The notes under the pieces: model-generated
Databases searched by the model: none
Told to the model about the DNA's origin: nothing
The model's input: the letters and a program-made list of their open reading frames with translations, nothing else
In this document: positions 1-12,495 of the stretch, piece after piece
How positions within the stretch are numbered: the first letter of the stretch is position 1
How the letters are laid out: every line of letters starts with the position of its first letter
Position numbers and translations under genes: made by a program
Assembly: GCA_039545335.1 (NCBI GenBank)
Contig: BCIN01000002.1
Location: 2,758,678 to 2,822,677 of the forward strand
DNA: 64,000 nucleotides
From: Kondoa subrosea
Taxonomy: Eukaryota
Reading direction: 5' to 3'

Positions 1-794
1 ACCATTTCAGAGAGGCCCTTTCTAGCCCATTCACCCCAATTCCAAGCGTGAGTTTGTTGAAGAGCTGCATGCAAGGTTCTGTTCTGAGGGCCCAAATTCC
101 AGTGATCATGGACAATACAAGATTGAGCATCAGGACCCGGGTGGTCGACGGACATAGCGTGAAGCAGATCAGACTTGGTCCAACTGCCCAGGATTTGTTG
201 AGGTGTCGTTGCCTCTACTCGCTGATGATAAGGATTTTCTTCAAGGACGTCCCGATTTAACTCACCTGGTTTTGCTGAGTAGACTATAATCAGATCATCC
301 CTCATCAAACTTCCACAACCGATAGTACCGAACAAAGTGGCGGTGTGAAAATTGACCAATAAACCAGATGGCCTGAGCAGCTGATGATGAGCCAATCCAA
401 ACTGTTGCCAAAGTCCGCTCGGCACTCGCATGGGTGGGCGATCTTTCGGTGAGCTGCTTAGGCTTCTGACGTCTTGCATAATGTGATGCGCCAGTCCTAG
501 AGCTTTGGGGCGTTCAAGGTGACGCAGCCAGACTTGTAGAATAGCACCAAAGCAGTTGAAACCACCTTGTTTGGGGTCGGCTTGTTCACCATTTATGACT
601 TCCTGCGCCATCCGACGCAGATCTTTGGTGTATGTACCAGAAGAGTATGTTATGCCATCTCCGTTGGTAGGGTGAGAAAAAAAATTATGGACAGGCGTTG
701 CATGAGCTGCAGGCGTTGAAACGAAAATACCGCAAATACCGCAATGAATGCAGGGAATGATATTTGATCCAGCATTGATGAGTGCATTCAACAT
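1..794 (-). CDS. Hypothetical protein, intronless ORF running off the left edge (partial, >=264 codons)
   Basis: Manual translation from ATG 794 to position 1 has no stop (MLNALINAGSNIIPCIHCGICGIF...WNWGEWARKGLSEM). Absent from the ORF track because no stop lies in the window. No family recognised. Confidence 0.55.
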   Translation of the reverse strand, partial: MLNALINAGSNIIPCIHCGICGIFVSTPAAHATPVHNFFSHPTNGDGITYSSGTYTKDLRRMAQEVINGEQADPKQGGFNCFGAILQVWLRHLERPKALGLAHHIMQDVRSLSSSPKDRPPMRVPSGLWQQFGLAHHQLLRPSGLLVNFHTATLFGTIGCGSLMRDDLIIVYSAKPGELNRDVLEENPYHQRVEATTPQQILGSWTKSDLLHAMSVDHPGPDAQSCIVHDHWNLGPQNRTLHAALQQTHAWNWGEWARKGLSEM

Positions 795-1058
795 ATTGAG
801 CGATGATTTGAATTGAGTTTATCGGAGGTTGATAATGAAGGAAAAGAAAGAACAAGAAAAGCAGACTTCAAATAGCTTTCTCAAAATACGCCGCGGTCCA
901 CGGAGCGGAGCATAAGAAGAGCATTTTCAAAGAAGAAATCGGAGTACGCGTCATTCCGTGGCACTCAGTACCGCGGAACAGAAGAGGATTGACACAGCTC
1001 GTTCTAGTCCCATTACCTCTACGTAACACTCCCCTACAGGAAAACAAAAGCCAGCTTT

Positions 1059-2200
1059 TCATTCTTCTTCTTCTTGTGCTGTTTGTTGCACTGATTCGGC
1101 TGGTCCATCCAGCTCTTCGTAATGACGGTAAACGCCCTAGAGAATGTCATGATCAGTTCAAGCATGACACATGAGATCAGAGAACCAACATCACCACTGT
1201 CAGAGGGATTTAAGTTGGATCAATTTAACACCGATATGAATCAATTTCACGACTGACTATTTCTCTCTCCTGCCACTCTTCAAATATTTCTTGACTCCTT
1301 CAACCTCTTTCACACGTTCGTATAATTCCAAAACATTCTTCATCTTATCGGCATAGCTGTCCATGAATACAGGGAAAGCGAATTTCAGACCATCCACAAT
1401 TTGGAACAAAGTCAAATCCGCATAAGTGAGTTTAGAGCCGACTAGGTATCCTGATGGATTCTTTTCGACCAATGAATCCAAGTAAGAGAAGAACTTGGGC
1501 TGTTCAGATAATGTGTAAATAGAGGAGGAGAAAGGTGAGAAGGGGAAGAACGAACAAGACGAGTTTTGCGGAAATCTTGAGAGCGACGAATTGATTCGGT
1601 CTTTTGATCCTCGTAGTATAAGCCAGAAGCGATCGGATGATGCTATTAAGGAGTTTCTGAGATTTGATGAATGGAAAAGGAATAGCAACACTTACAGAAT
1701 CATGTGCTTCGTTGTTGAGATCCAGCAGAGTTAAAGTGATTTGGTTGACGGTGTACATATCCAAGGGAGACTCGCCAGCCAACCCCAACTTTGATCGAAC
1801 ATTGTCAGATTACGTAATCACTCTGTGCGAATAGAAGAGCACCTCTTGACCTAAGTACAGCAAGATGTTAGGAGTCTGAGAGATAATAGTTCCATTCTGT
1901 TCTTCCAATCTCAACAAAGGCGGAGCGAAATGTTGATGATCAGGTCCAACGAAGCTGAATAGTTCCTTGACGTCTTTGGGATCATTATAAGGAGTCTGCG
2001 TAGCTTCTAGAGCGACTGTTACAGGGGCGAACAGTGAGCAAAGGTTTGGATGTTGGCCAGCTTAATGACACACGTCGAATGAATTCGCCTCGACCTGGGA
2101 TGGTGGGAAAATAGAGAAGAGTATCTGCAAATGGTCGAAGTCCTGTTAGTCATCCACTGCTGCGTGAATCTGACCACTTACATTTGGGTTTGGGAGCCAT
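1059..2200 (-). CDS. Glutathione S-transferase (multi-exon)
   Basis: Spliced N-terminus MAPKPKYTLLYFPTIPGRGEFIR, ISQTPNILLYLG, C-domain YLVGSKLTYADLTLFQIVDGLKFAFP, end YGDGVYRHYEELDG...EEEE*. Confidence 0.9.
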
Positions 2201-2399
2201 TTGCTTGTATAGGACCAAGCAAGAAATCTAGCGCATAGATGAGCAACTTGCTTAGCCACAAGTGTCTGGGCATACGACAGCTACTAAGACAGCTACTGCG
2301 AAGCGTTTAGGCTGATGGACGTATTGACGGTTCATATGCAAGCCTTGCTTTATGAATATCTCTGAGCTCAATCCAGTACCAGGACTCACAGCTTCGAGT

Positions 2400-5300
2400 A
2401 TGGCTAAGCCAATCAGCATGCAGACTGTGGATACCTACGTCTCTGATACTTTTGGCTTCGCTCTGAGGCCTGTACAAAGGTCCATTATCGAGAAATTAGT
2501 GGTAGAGTCTGTCTGATTGTCCTGTCTCGTCGGTCTTCTGTCTTATATATCTGTGGCTCTCCTGCAGCGGCCAGTCAGCTTGCTGCATTCTGTCTGTCTT
2601 GCACTTCTACCCAATGTTTACTCTGTTCTAATGTGACGCGATAGTCCAACTGGAGGTGACTCTTCGCCTTTCCTATTCATGCGTCAGACTGATCTCGGTC
2701 TGCTGTACTCAGGCGGCAAGAGTCTTTGCTACCAAGTACGCGGGCAAGACTACCTTGCGGACTCGCTCATTGTGTGATCTTTAGGTTCCGGCTCTACTCC
2801 TACCTCATCTTACCATTGTCGTCTCGCCATTGAGTAAGACTCTCCGCTCGGAATGAGTATGAAGCTGAAACTCCTCTCTAGTCGCGCTGATGAAAGGTAG
2901 CACCCTGTCTCCGTAAGACGCACTGTCTGCTCACTGTACTGTTCAGACCAAGTGGACGTCCTTCGAGCTAGAGGTCTACCAGCAGCAGCCTTAGATTCGT
3001 CTATTTCTATCGAGGAATCAAGGTTGATCAAAGCAGGTATGCTCTTGATTCTCCCTCTGCAATTGCGCAGTTGTAGAATAGAAATCATACAGGTATCAAG
3101 GATGGAACTCTGAAAATCTTATATGTCGCTCCTGAACGATTGGATAACGAAGGGTAAATTGCCTTCAAGCCGATTGTGCATGCAACTAATGCTCAGGTGA
3201 AAGGTTCATCAAGTCTCTGATCAATATCAAGATCTCCTTGTTGGCTGTTGATGAAGCTCATTGGTCAGTACTAACCGTGCACTACCTTCTGACAACTACT
3301 TATAGAAGGGACAGCGTTTCTACTTGGGGTCATTCTTTCAGGTATTCGCCAAGGTGCGGTATGCCAACAGAGCTAATGCTTGTCCTAGACCAACGTACTT
3401 GAAAGTTGCTGTAAGTGAGATGGCTTTTCGAGCGACTTCTCGAGTGACGTCTCGCCGCAGCGATTTGCGAAAGAATGCGGTGCCGAAAGAGTGCTCTGCC
3501 TCAGTATGTCAAACAATTTCTTGACTAGCAGCATCTTATGTTCGCGATAGCTGCTACCGCAACGAAACAAGTAGCGATTGATATCTGTCAGACGTTCGAT
3601 ATTCCAACCGATGGATTGTTCACCACGCCATCTTATCGTTCCAACCTCTTGATTCAACTCAAATCCTGTATTACACTTGAAGATAAGTACCAAGCTATGA
3701 TCCCTCGCTTGAAGAAGAGTACGGGACCCAGCATTGTCTATGTTACTACTCAAGCACAAGCGGAAGAAGTGTGCAAGCATGTCCGGAAGAAGAATGTTCA
3801 GGTAAGTCAAGAACACCAAGCACAACCTGATATGTCATGTTTAGTAGAGCTGCTACAGGCCGTAGAGTACTATCATGCTGGAATGCCCGCTGAAGAGCGG
3901 AAGCGAGTTCAAGATTACTTTATGAACCCTGACAACAAATCACCGACTATCGTAGCTACAATTGCCTTTGTGAGTGTTCTGGTCGCTTAGTTCAAATACA
4001 ATGCAACTGATGTTATCGCTTGCAGGGAATGGGAATAGACAAGTAAAAGACCTTCACTTCATGTTTGCCTACGACTGATCGCCTTATGTGAGCAGATCAA
4101 ACATTCGAACAATCATTCACTTTTGCCCACCAAAATCAGTTGAGTCATACACTCAAGAAATCGGTCGAGCTGGTCGAGATGGACTAGACTCCGACTGTAT
4201 ACTATTACTATGCGCCAGTGATTTGCCAATCTTGGAAGGATTCGCTCGCGGTGATACACCTTCACTTGACAGTGTTTCTAGTTGGTTGGACGCTGTTATT
4301 GATGCGCCAAAAGAAGAGAATGGGAAGAACATCTACGTATCCAATTACGAGCAGGAGAGAGCGTGAGTTTTCCTGGTTTGCTTGCTTGACAAATTGACTT
4401 ACCTAGCACGATAGATTCGATATAAGAGTCAGTGGGATTGTATTGGCGGCTACTTGTAGCTGATAATGATATGGTCGAGTGACAGAGTACAACACTTGGC
4501 TTGCTATACGCTCAGCTTGAGCTAACATACGGTCATCTTCGAGCTTTGTAAGTCAATCCAGCCCTATCTTCGATAGCTGCTTACTATGAACGTCGCAAGA
4601 ACGGCTTTTTTCCAAGTCTACGAGCTCCGACCTGTTAGCTTGGCCGATGTCGCTTTCCTCAAATCAGACCCAGCACCCGAAGCTGTTGCTCTTCGGCGAT
4701 CATGGAAAGAAGGCAAGACAATGGACAAAGTTGGACCGTTAGTTGAGACATCTCGCTTCCTCGAAGTGACTGATCATGATTACAGTAAAGTCAAATTTAC
4801 AGTGGATGTAATCGAAGCTGCTGAACAGAATGGAATGACACGAGATATGCTTGCGATGCAAATCTCGAAATGGGAAACCGCAAATCGAATCATTTCCAAG
4901 CCCAGTCAAGTCAGAAGCCGGTATGCTTTGGTCAAACCTTTTCCTACATCGAGAAAAGACAAAAAGGCGTTATCTGAAGCTTTATATGAGTATATGGTAC
5001 GTTGTGTCTAATCGAACAGAAGCACAAACTAAAGCAAGAGCTAGCTTGAGAAAGAGAAGTCTGAAGTCCAGCGCCTTCAAGATCTGAGCGAGATCGTGAC
5101 GAAAACCCAATGCATCCCTTACTCTCTTGGTCAATACTTCGGTGATGCGGATCAGTCAATCATTGGCAACAAGTGCAAGAAGTGTACCTTCTGTATGCAT
5201 TGTTTGGTCACTTGTATTGTTCTAGCTCAAGAAGTGCTTCCAGGTCGATCAATGTCAGCTACTCAATTTGGCGGGACAAAAGACGCAGAACCAGTTAAAG

Positions 5301-5696
5301 AAGAAGCTATAACGAAGATTTTAGACTTGATGCAGATTCGTGATGATGCTCGCGTCTTGACTAGATTCGGTAAGTTTGCACTTCTTCTACATAATCAGCA
5401 CTCGCTAATTTCGTTGCATATAGCATATGGTAGGTTTGACTTTCTGCCTTCAATGCCTCAGCTAAAGCCTTGTATAAGGCGTTACATCTCCTCGACTTAC
5501 TCAGCTGAAGCTATCGAAACATCCACTATTCGGCTCAATGTCTGCATGCAACTATGAAGTCCTGCTGAACAGAATGGAAGAAGCATGCGAAGCTTGCGCT
5601 TATCAAAACTTACCTACTCCTATGAAAGCAGTCGCTCCTGCTAAGCGTTCAGCGCCTAGCAAAGGAGGTTCCTTAGCCAAGAAGAAGAAGATGTGA
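2400..5696 (+). CDS. RecQ-family ATP-dependent DNA helicase
   Basis: Motifs across exons: PTGGGKSLCYQ, YVAPERL, VDEAHC..WGHSFRP, YYHAGM, VATIAFGMGIDK, QEIGRAGRDG, and a Cys-rich RQC-like segment (C...CKKCTFC). Confidence 0.93.
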
Positions 5697-5852
5697 TTTG
5701 CTCATGGCAAGGAGAATGAGATCTGCCGTATATCGCGTTCCTGGTTCATTCTCTGTATATCTGCGAAGTGCTAGAAGAGTAAAACGACAAGCATTGTAAA
5801 TATCCTGCATTTATAGGTTGCATCATTTCATTGTTTTCATGATACCGCGAGA

Positions 5853-8410
5853 ATGGCGTCCAACACAAGCGCGCTGAATCTTCAGCCGCAAGCCTCGACG
5901 TCTGCGCAGCTTATCAATCGACCTCCCTCGCCAGCCAACAGCGCAAACAGCGAAGGTTCAGGTCGACGCAACTTGAGACGCTTAAGCCTTGATTTTAATG
6001 AAAGGGCACCTTTACTGGCAGCCAGCAACAGCAACCTGGACTTACTAAGTATTCATGTCGATAGACCGTCTACACCCAGCATAGCTCAGAAGAGCTGGCT
6101 ATCGCATCCCATCACAAGTTCAGAGCAAGATTACTCTGAGCAATTGCCTCTGACACCTGGAGGCTCTACTTCTTTCTTCTCGCAACCTCGAGGACCAGTC
6201 CCTCGAGCTACTCTGATCTCTCGAATACGTCTCTTCTTCCTACAACTCTACACCAATGCCTTGTCAACAGTTTTTCTTGTTCTTATCGTAATATGGGCTT
6301 TGTCAAGTCGTTCTCTTGAAGCCTTATTAGACTGGAAACGCTGGAAACAATCAGCTAAACGGGATTGGGATCAACCAGATAAATGGAAGAACGAAGAGCT
6401 GACCAAAGATCTCAATTACTACGCCGAAGCAGCAGGCTATCGAATCGTTGATCAAACAATCGAAACGGAAGATGGATATCTGTTGAAAGTGCATAAAGTT
6501 GTGGTACCTGGGAAAGAGAATCAGGTTAAGAGCGATGGAAGAGGAGGTTGGCCGGTTATTATTCAGCATGGCTTGTTTCAGACTTCTGGAAGCTTTGTGA
6601 CTAGTGAAGAGAGAAGTATGGCTTTCTGGTTGGCAGAACATGGGTGAGCTGGCTGGTTACTTCCAGACAAGTTATTGAGCTACCAGGCGATTACAGGGGC
6701 TATCAAGTTGTGCGTAGCTTTCATTTCTGCCTGAAATTCATCGTTGATCATGCCATACAGTACCTGAGCAATAGTCGAGCGGTCTTTGACATGGGTCACC
6801 GGACGCTCAGCAGATCAGATCCGCGGTTCTGGGGTCAGCACCGTTCTGCGATTTGAAGCACTAAATGTACTCACACCTTTAAACAGATTACAACATCAGG
6901 GAACTTGCTCTCTACGATCTTCCAGCTGTTATAGCACACGTCAAGCGAGAAACCTCTTACGACAAAGTTGCTTTCATTGGTCATTCTCAAGGCAACGCGA
7001 CCATGTTCTGCACTCTAGCAAGAGGCATGTTCCCTTCTGTTGGAGAAAGCCTTTCCGTTTTCGTCGCTTTAGCCCCAGCTGTTTTTGCTGGTCCTCTGAC
7101 GACTGGCTTTCCATTCGGTCTGCTAAAGAGTATGGAATGGAAAACCTGGAAGAGGGTTTTTGGCGTGAGCACTGCGTTTTCCAGTATCTATCTCATTTCC
7201 TAAATCCATAAGACAGGTACTGGATTTTATACCGATGATGCGATATGCATAGTATGCCTTATATCAGTCGAAAAGGATAGCTTAGGGCTTATTTGTCCTG
7301 AAAGCAATCTCACGCCTGCCCGACCATATGGACTCCTTGGGTTTCAGATGTTTGCATTTCTTTTCCAGTCCGTCTAACCTTTGCTACACGTCGACTACTG
7401 ACTGATTCGCATTGCAGGGTAAGGCATCCGTCGATCTAGTTCGGCCCGAGTACTCACAACCATCCAGTGGACTGATAGGAATTGGTAGGCTTTTTGAGCG
7501 GTTCGTCTTTGAAATGCTGATGAACTATTCTTCAGGGTATGCCGCTTTACACTGCAAAATCAGACAGCTAATTGAATCACCCAAGTTGAAAAGGCGAAAG
7601 ATGAAGATGTTCAGGTGGGTCAAACCAAGCTTTACCCGCATCAGCTCTGATAGTTCAATTTAGATTTACTCCTAGCCCAGTCTCCTCTGCAGGTATTTTC
7701 TGGTGGACTGGTAAGAATGGTTTCTCCAGTAGAGGCTGTGTTCTTGATCAATCCGTACGCTTGCAAGCCGAAGATAGCGCCCAATTGACATTCGCATAGG
7801 TACCGCAATGGTTTGATAAGTCCTTTCCACCGCTTGCGTTATATCAGTGAGTCTTTTCTGACGATTACGAGTTGGCCTAATTTCTCTTTAAGCGGTGGTA
7901 AAGACTATCTGGGTGCGTTCTGATCAATGTGGGCTTATAAAAAGCTGGATCTCGACGCGATGTAGTATTGATTGAACCTCTGCTGGCGCGCTTGCAAGAC
8001 CACGAGAAAGCGGTCAAAGTCATGCAAGTCTCATCCTGCTCGGACATGCCGTAGAGGGCTTATAATGCACTTTACAGTCGCGTGGATCGCTTAGAAACAG
8101 GTGCGATCGTGTCTCTCCCACTCTTATGCACTTTCGCTGATTACATTCGGAACAGGCGAACAGTAAGCTTATCTTACTTGCTCCAGTTCGCGCTCATGGA
8201 CCTAACATAGCTGTGATACTTTCTGGCACATCGATGCTGTGGAGCTTACGTAAGACTTCTGGCTTGAACTACAATGCTTTGCCTGACGTTCGCAAACAGC
8301 TATCAATCAATTTTGCGTAAGTCACATCAGACAGGAAATTGACTTATAGGCTGACTTTTGGTATAGATGACGTGGAGAGCACGAGAGATCGCTATCCAGA
8401 GGAACTCTAG
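5853..8410 (+). CDS. Membrane-anchored AB-hydrolase lipase/sterol esterase (Tgl1/Yeh-like)
   Basis: TM segment, IETEDGYLLKVH, QHGLFQTSGSF, nucleophile GHSQG, GGKDYLV acid and GEHCD His. Many micro-exons, including two 1-nt exons. Confidence 0.9.
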
Positions 8411-8635
8411 AATGAAATTCTCGGCAGGTCCGCATTAGAGTTTTTGCTTTCTTCATGCAACCGGCCCAATTTCTCCATAACGCGGTCGCGCAAAATATCC
8501 AGACGCGCGCTGTCGGAGCATGAGCATGATTGCAAGGTGCCGCCCTAAACCGCATTTTCACTTTCCCATTTCCTTTTTTTACGTTTTCCTTCCCGCTGTT
8601 TCCTCTCTATCTGCCTGTCTCGGTCGGCAATCAAC

Positions 8636-10220
8636 ATGCAGCTGGTAGACCCACCGTCACATGTTAGCTCTCTCTTGACTGAGTGTCCTGAACGGTGCTG
8701 ACTCTTATTCAACAGCATTCCTATTCCTTAAAACCTCTGATCAGGGTCATCAGCCGGATCTCAAGTAGCTCAACGAACACTCAGCAAGATACCGTTACTA
8801 AAGTTCGGATGGTCCGAAGCTTTAGAGCCTTGCCGTTGTCGGAAATTTCCTTGAGAGATGTGTTAGAGTAAGCCTTGTGCAAGGTCTCGAGAGCTGCGCA
8901 CTGAAATCTTATGAAATCAGAAATAAGCAGTCAGTAGCTCTCAAAGAATTTGTGTACACCTGCTAACGCGTTTCTTGTCCCCAGCGTCACGCCATACACG
9001 GCTAGAGAATTCGAAGACTATATCTGCTTCTCTGAGCATAGTTCAGAAAACCTGTTTGTGGCATCTCCCCTGTGTTGAACATTAGCTGAACCAATCGCCC
9101 ATTAGCTACTTCGCGACTTTCTTTCACAATTACAAGAAGCTCTTCGACGAGCGATTTCCAGCCAACACAGCGAACGTCTCACCATCTGAACTCGATCCAG
9201 ATCTCTCTCGGGCTTTCAATTATGCCCTTGACCTCTTTATAAAACAACAGTCCGATCTTGAACTCAATCTAACCGCCAGCTCTCGTGATCGTATTCTTCT
9301 CGATGCCAAGGTGTCCGCGAATCCTTCTATCTTTCAATCAGCCAGACATACCGCAGAAGAAGCTCTACAGGCCAGTCTCCAACGCTTCATAGCTGCAAAC
9401 CTTGGCAACTCGGGTTACAAGCGAGGCTTGTTTGCACGTGAGTAATGCCCCAATATGTCGTACATGCTTGACTTAGATGACAGTCTCTTTGGGTATTTCG
9501 CTCTTTTCGATAGGAATTGCGATTGTTGTCGCCGCTTGCCTGCTAAACTGGCATCGAGGCTACAGAGTTCTATCCCTACCATGCTTTTTCTTAGGGGTAA
9601 ATATCCGATAAATCGGAATGATGAAGCTCTGCTGACGATTTGGCAGATCTTGATCGGTTTCGGAGGCTATAGAAACGTAAGTGAATCCCCTTTGCCCGTT
9701 GTTTGTTCCGACATCTGCTCGAATCAAGACATGCCTTGTGATATGGCTGCTCGGTGGAGAAGTAAGACAACTGCGTAGCTGGGAAGTAGAGCGAAAAGTG
9801 TCCAACAGTACAAAAAGCCCTCACCGCCTCCAATTTCTCCGTAAGAGCTCAACGTTGTCCAGTAGCTCTCAAGATAGCGAAGTCAAGTCTCTTGGTGGTT
9901 CACAGAATATCAGTTTAGCTTCACCTGCCCTTTCATCATCAGCGACATCATCTTCATCCCCTATATGTCCCTGGCTTGACGATAAAGGCAGCTCTCCTCA
10001 TTCTCTCGCTTTCTTTCCTGCTACGCCAAGTACAGGCACAAGTTTCCTTAAACGGAATCTGCCTTCGTCTGTCAAGGTATGGACTGGTCTGACTGCAGTG
10101 GAACATCCTGTTGTTATCGAATCGCATCGGAGGAATATCGTAACTGCAGGCATTTATGGGTTTCTGGGCATGTTGCTGCTAGGCTCCGTTAGCCTGGCTG
10201 TTCCGGCTCAGGCTTTGTAA
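8636..10220 (+). CDS. RGS-domain membrane protein (Rax1-like)
   Basis: Spliced exons give LRDVLENKHVTPYTAREFEDYICFSEHSSENL and ELNL, typical of fungal RGS domains. C-terminal hydrophobic helices follow. Confidence 0.7.
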
Positions 10221-10330
10221 TATTCTATTGCCGTTGAGGTTCTTATTTTTGGGGTCAAAGCAATCACAAATCAGCGCATTGTAGCAGTAGTACATGCAAT
10301 ATATTTACAACGAAAGGGAACACAAGGCCG

Positions 10331-12495
10331 TCAATTATCTGCGCTCAAATAGCTGGATAAAGAACCGCTTGACAAGAATCGACCGCTAACAGCAATCGGG
10401 GATCAGCTTGCGAACTGCACAGAGAGCAGTTGAAAACACCGACCCAGAAGGAGTGAAGGATATCAACTCTTCCTTTTCCTCCTTTTCCTCCTTATCGTCC
10501 TCAATCAAGGCAGCAGGTGCTTCTCCCTTTGTACCCTCAGGGAAATGAACTTTGCCAGACTTGGGCGTGCCAATCGATCTGCACCTTGTGGTAGCGGTAT
10601 AAAGCCAATCCAAGGATTCTCCAACTACTGTAGTCTGCAATCCATTGTCTGCTGAATTGATATGAGCCAAACCGGGATACATAACGAGCGTTTTTTCTCC
10701 AGTGCCAAACTTGTCATACAAAGAAGCGACAGTGCTTGCAGCGGTGTAAGGGTCCTGAAGAGGATTGATAGTTAGGATTAAGGGGCCGAAATGTATCAAA
10801 CTCGACTTGCCTTGGTTCCGTGCAACATTAAGATCGGGATGCGAACATTGAGAGCACTATCGTGCAACATCTTGATATCGTTGATCGAGCTTCGAGCGGG
10901 AGGAAGAGCTACAATAGGTCCAAGATGTGATTGAACACCTGTCAGGAGCACATATAATCAGCAATCCCAACAGCTGGAGTAACAAGTGGTAAACCTACGA
11001 GATTGACGATTTCTATTCTGGAGCATATTTGGCGTGAGACCAACGGTAGCACTCATCAATATCAATCCTCTGACTTCCGGGAAGGGTGCAACGCCAATGG
11101 AAGCCACAGACCGATGACCACTCATTCTCCTTACGTTTGGCTTAGCTGGAACATACAGAGATAGCTGATCGACGAGAGACGAGACGGAAAACCGATTGTT
11201 TGAGGCTGGAGGTGATCCGAAGTTGAAAGGATTGCTCTTGATCGCATAGTGTAAGCCGACCAATCCGCCCAAACCAATACCGACGATAAAGACTGGCCGA
11301 TATGTGCATGGACGAGGGATAAGAGAAGGTCGAGTTCCTTTGCCATAGGTGAAAGAAGCTCTTCTTTGTTCAGCAGTGCTGACATGTTGCTTGGTGATTG
11401 AAGAAACGCTATCGATAGTCTGTCTTCGAGGTGGTGGAGCAGGACCAAGAACAAAACCTTCCATACGTGGAGAAGAAGATGGTGTAGTATTACGACTGTT
11501 GTAGCCACTATCACATGGTCGTTTGTAAGCTGGTTCACAATCCCTTCGTCTGACATCCTTGACAATTTCGCCAATACAGGAAACCATTCGACTAATTGAG
11601 ACTTCTTTATCGACACGAGGAATTGAATTGAAGTCTGGCACAATGACCCGATATCCTTCTTGAACATAAGGTCTTGCAAGAAAGGGAAGTTGACCAGAAG
11701 TTGAAGAATCGGGAAGGAAGACAATATCGACAGGTAAATCGCCTTTGGGCAAGACTGGTCTCCACATCTGAACATCGATGATTGGTTAATGATCTCTCTG
11801 GGGGGAGACTAGGCAATCAGACTTACACTATATTCTACGGTGGCTTCTTTCTCGTCTGTTAGACTAGCACTGGCACGCTGTACTTCCATTGACCTGTCCG
11901 AGCTGACAACAAATTCTGGATCCAAAATCGGCACTCTGATGCGCGAAGGGTGAATACTGCGTGGTCGAGGTTTGTTAGCATGAAAGAGCGGAAGATCTTT
12001 ATATGTTGCTTTGGTCGCTCGAGATATCCGACATAGCCTTGCTTTGACGGTTTTACCAATAGTTAGGAGACAAAGATGAAGAGCGCTGAGAAGAGCTATG
12101 ATACCGGCCGCTACTGTACGAAAGAGGGTGCGAAGCGGTGACAACAATCTGTATGACTTTGAGGGAACTGGTCGTGCTTGTCCAGCTTCCTCATCCAGTT
12201 GCCAGACTTCTTTGTTCAGTTTCTCTTCGAATTTCGGAGAAGGAGAAGGTATAGGAGAAGATTGAGGCCTTGCTTCTTTAGGTTGATGATGGAGCATTGC
12301 GTTGACAAGACCTTTCATTGCTGGCATAGATAAGGCAGAGCTGAAGGAATTCCCAGACTCGGATCGTGATCGCATTGATTGGCAATCGGTGTAATAACTT
12401 GAGCCTCGAGATCCAGGTCTGTGAGGTAACGGTTTCTCGAGCGATGCTGCGCTGGTGCAGGCATCTTTAATGACTTCTCTTTCGTCTTGCGACAT
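10331..12495 (-). CDS. Alpha/beta-hydrolase-fold protein (monoglyceride lipase/lysophospholipase-like), probably catalytically inactive
   Basis: GYRVIVPDF, FIVGIGLGGLVGLHYA (Gly at the nucleophile position), VRGLILMSA, IPILMLHGTKDPYT, KTLVMYPGLAHI, plus an N-terminal TM segment. Confidence 0.72.

Noticed and set aside
668..695. AGGGTGAGAAAAAAAATTATGGACAG resembles a Tc1/mariner terminal inverted repeat
   Set aside because: No partner repeat or transposase is visible, and it lies in frame inside the 1-794 ORF.
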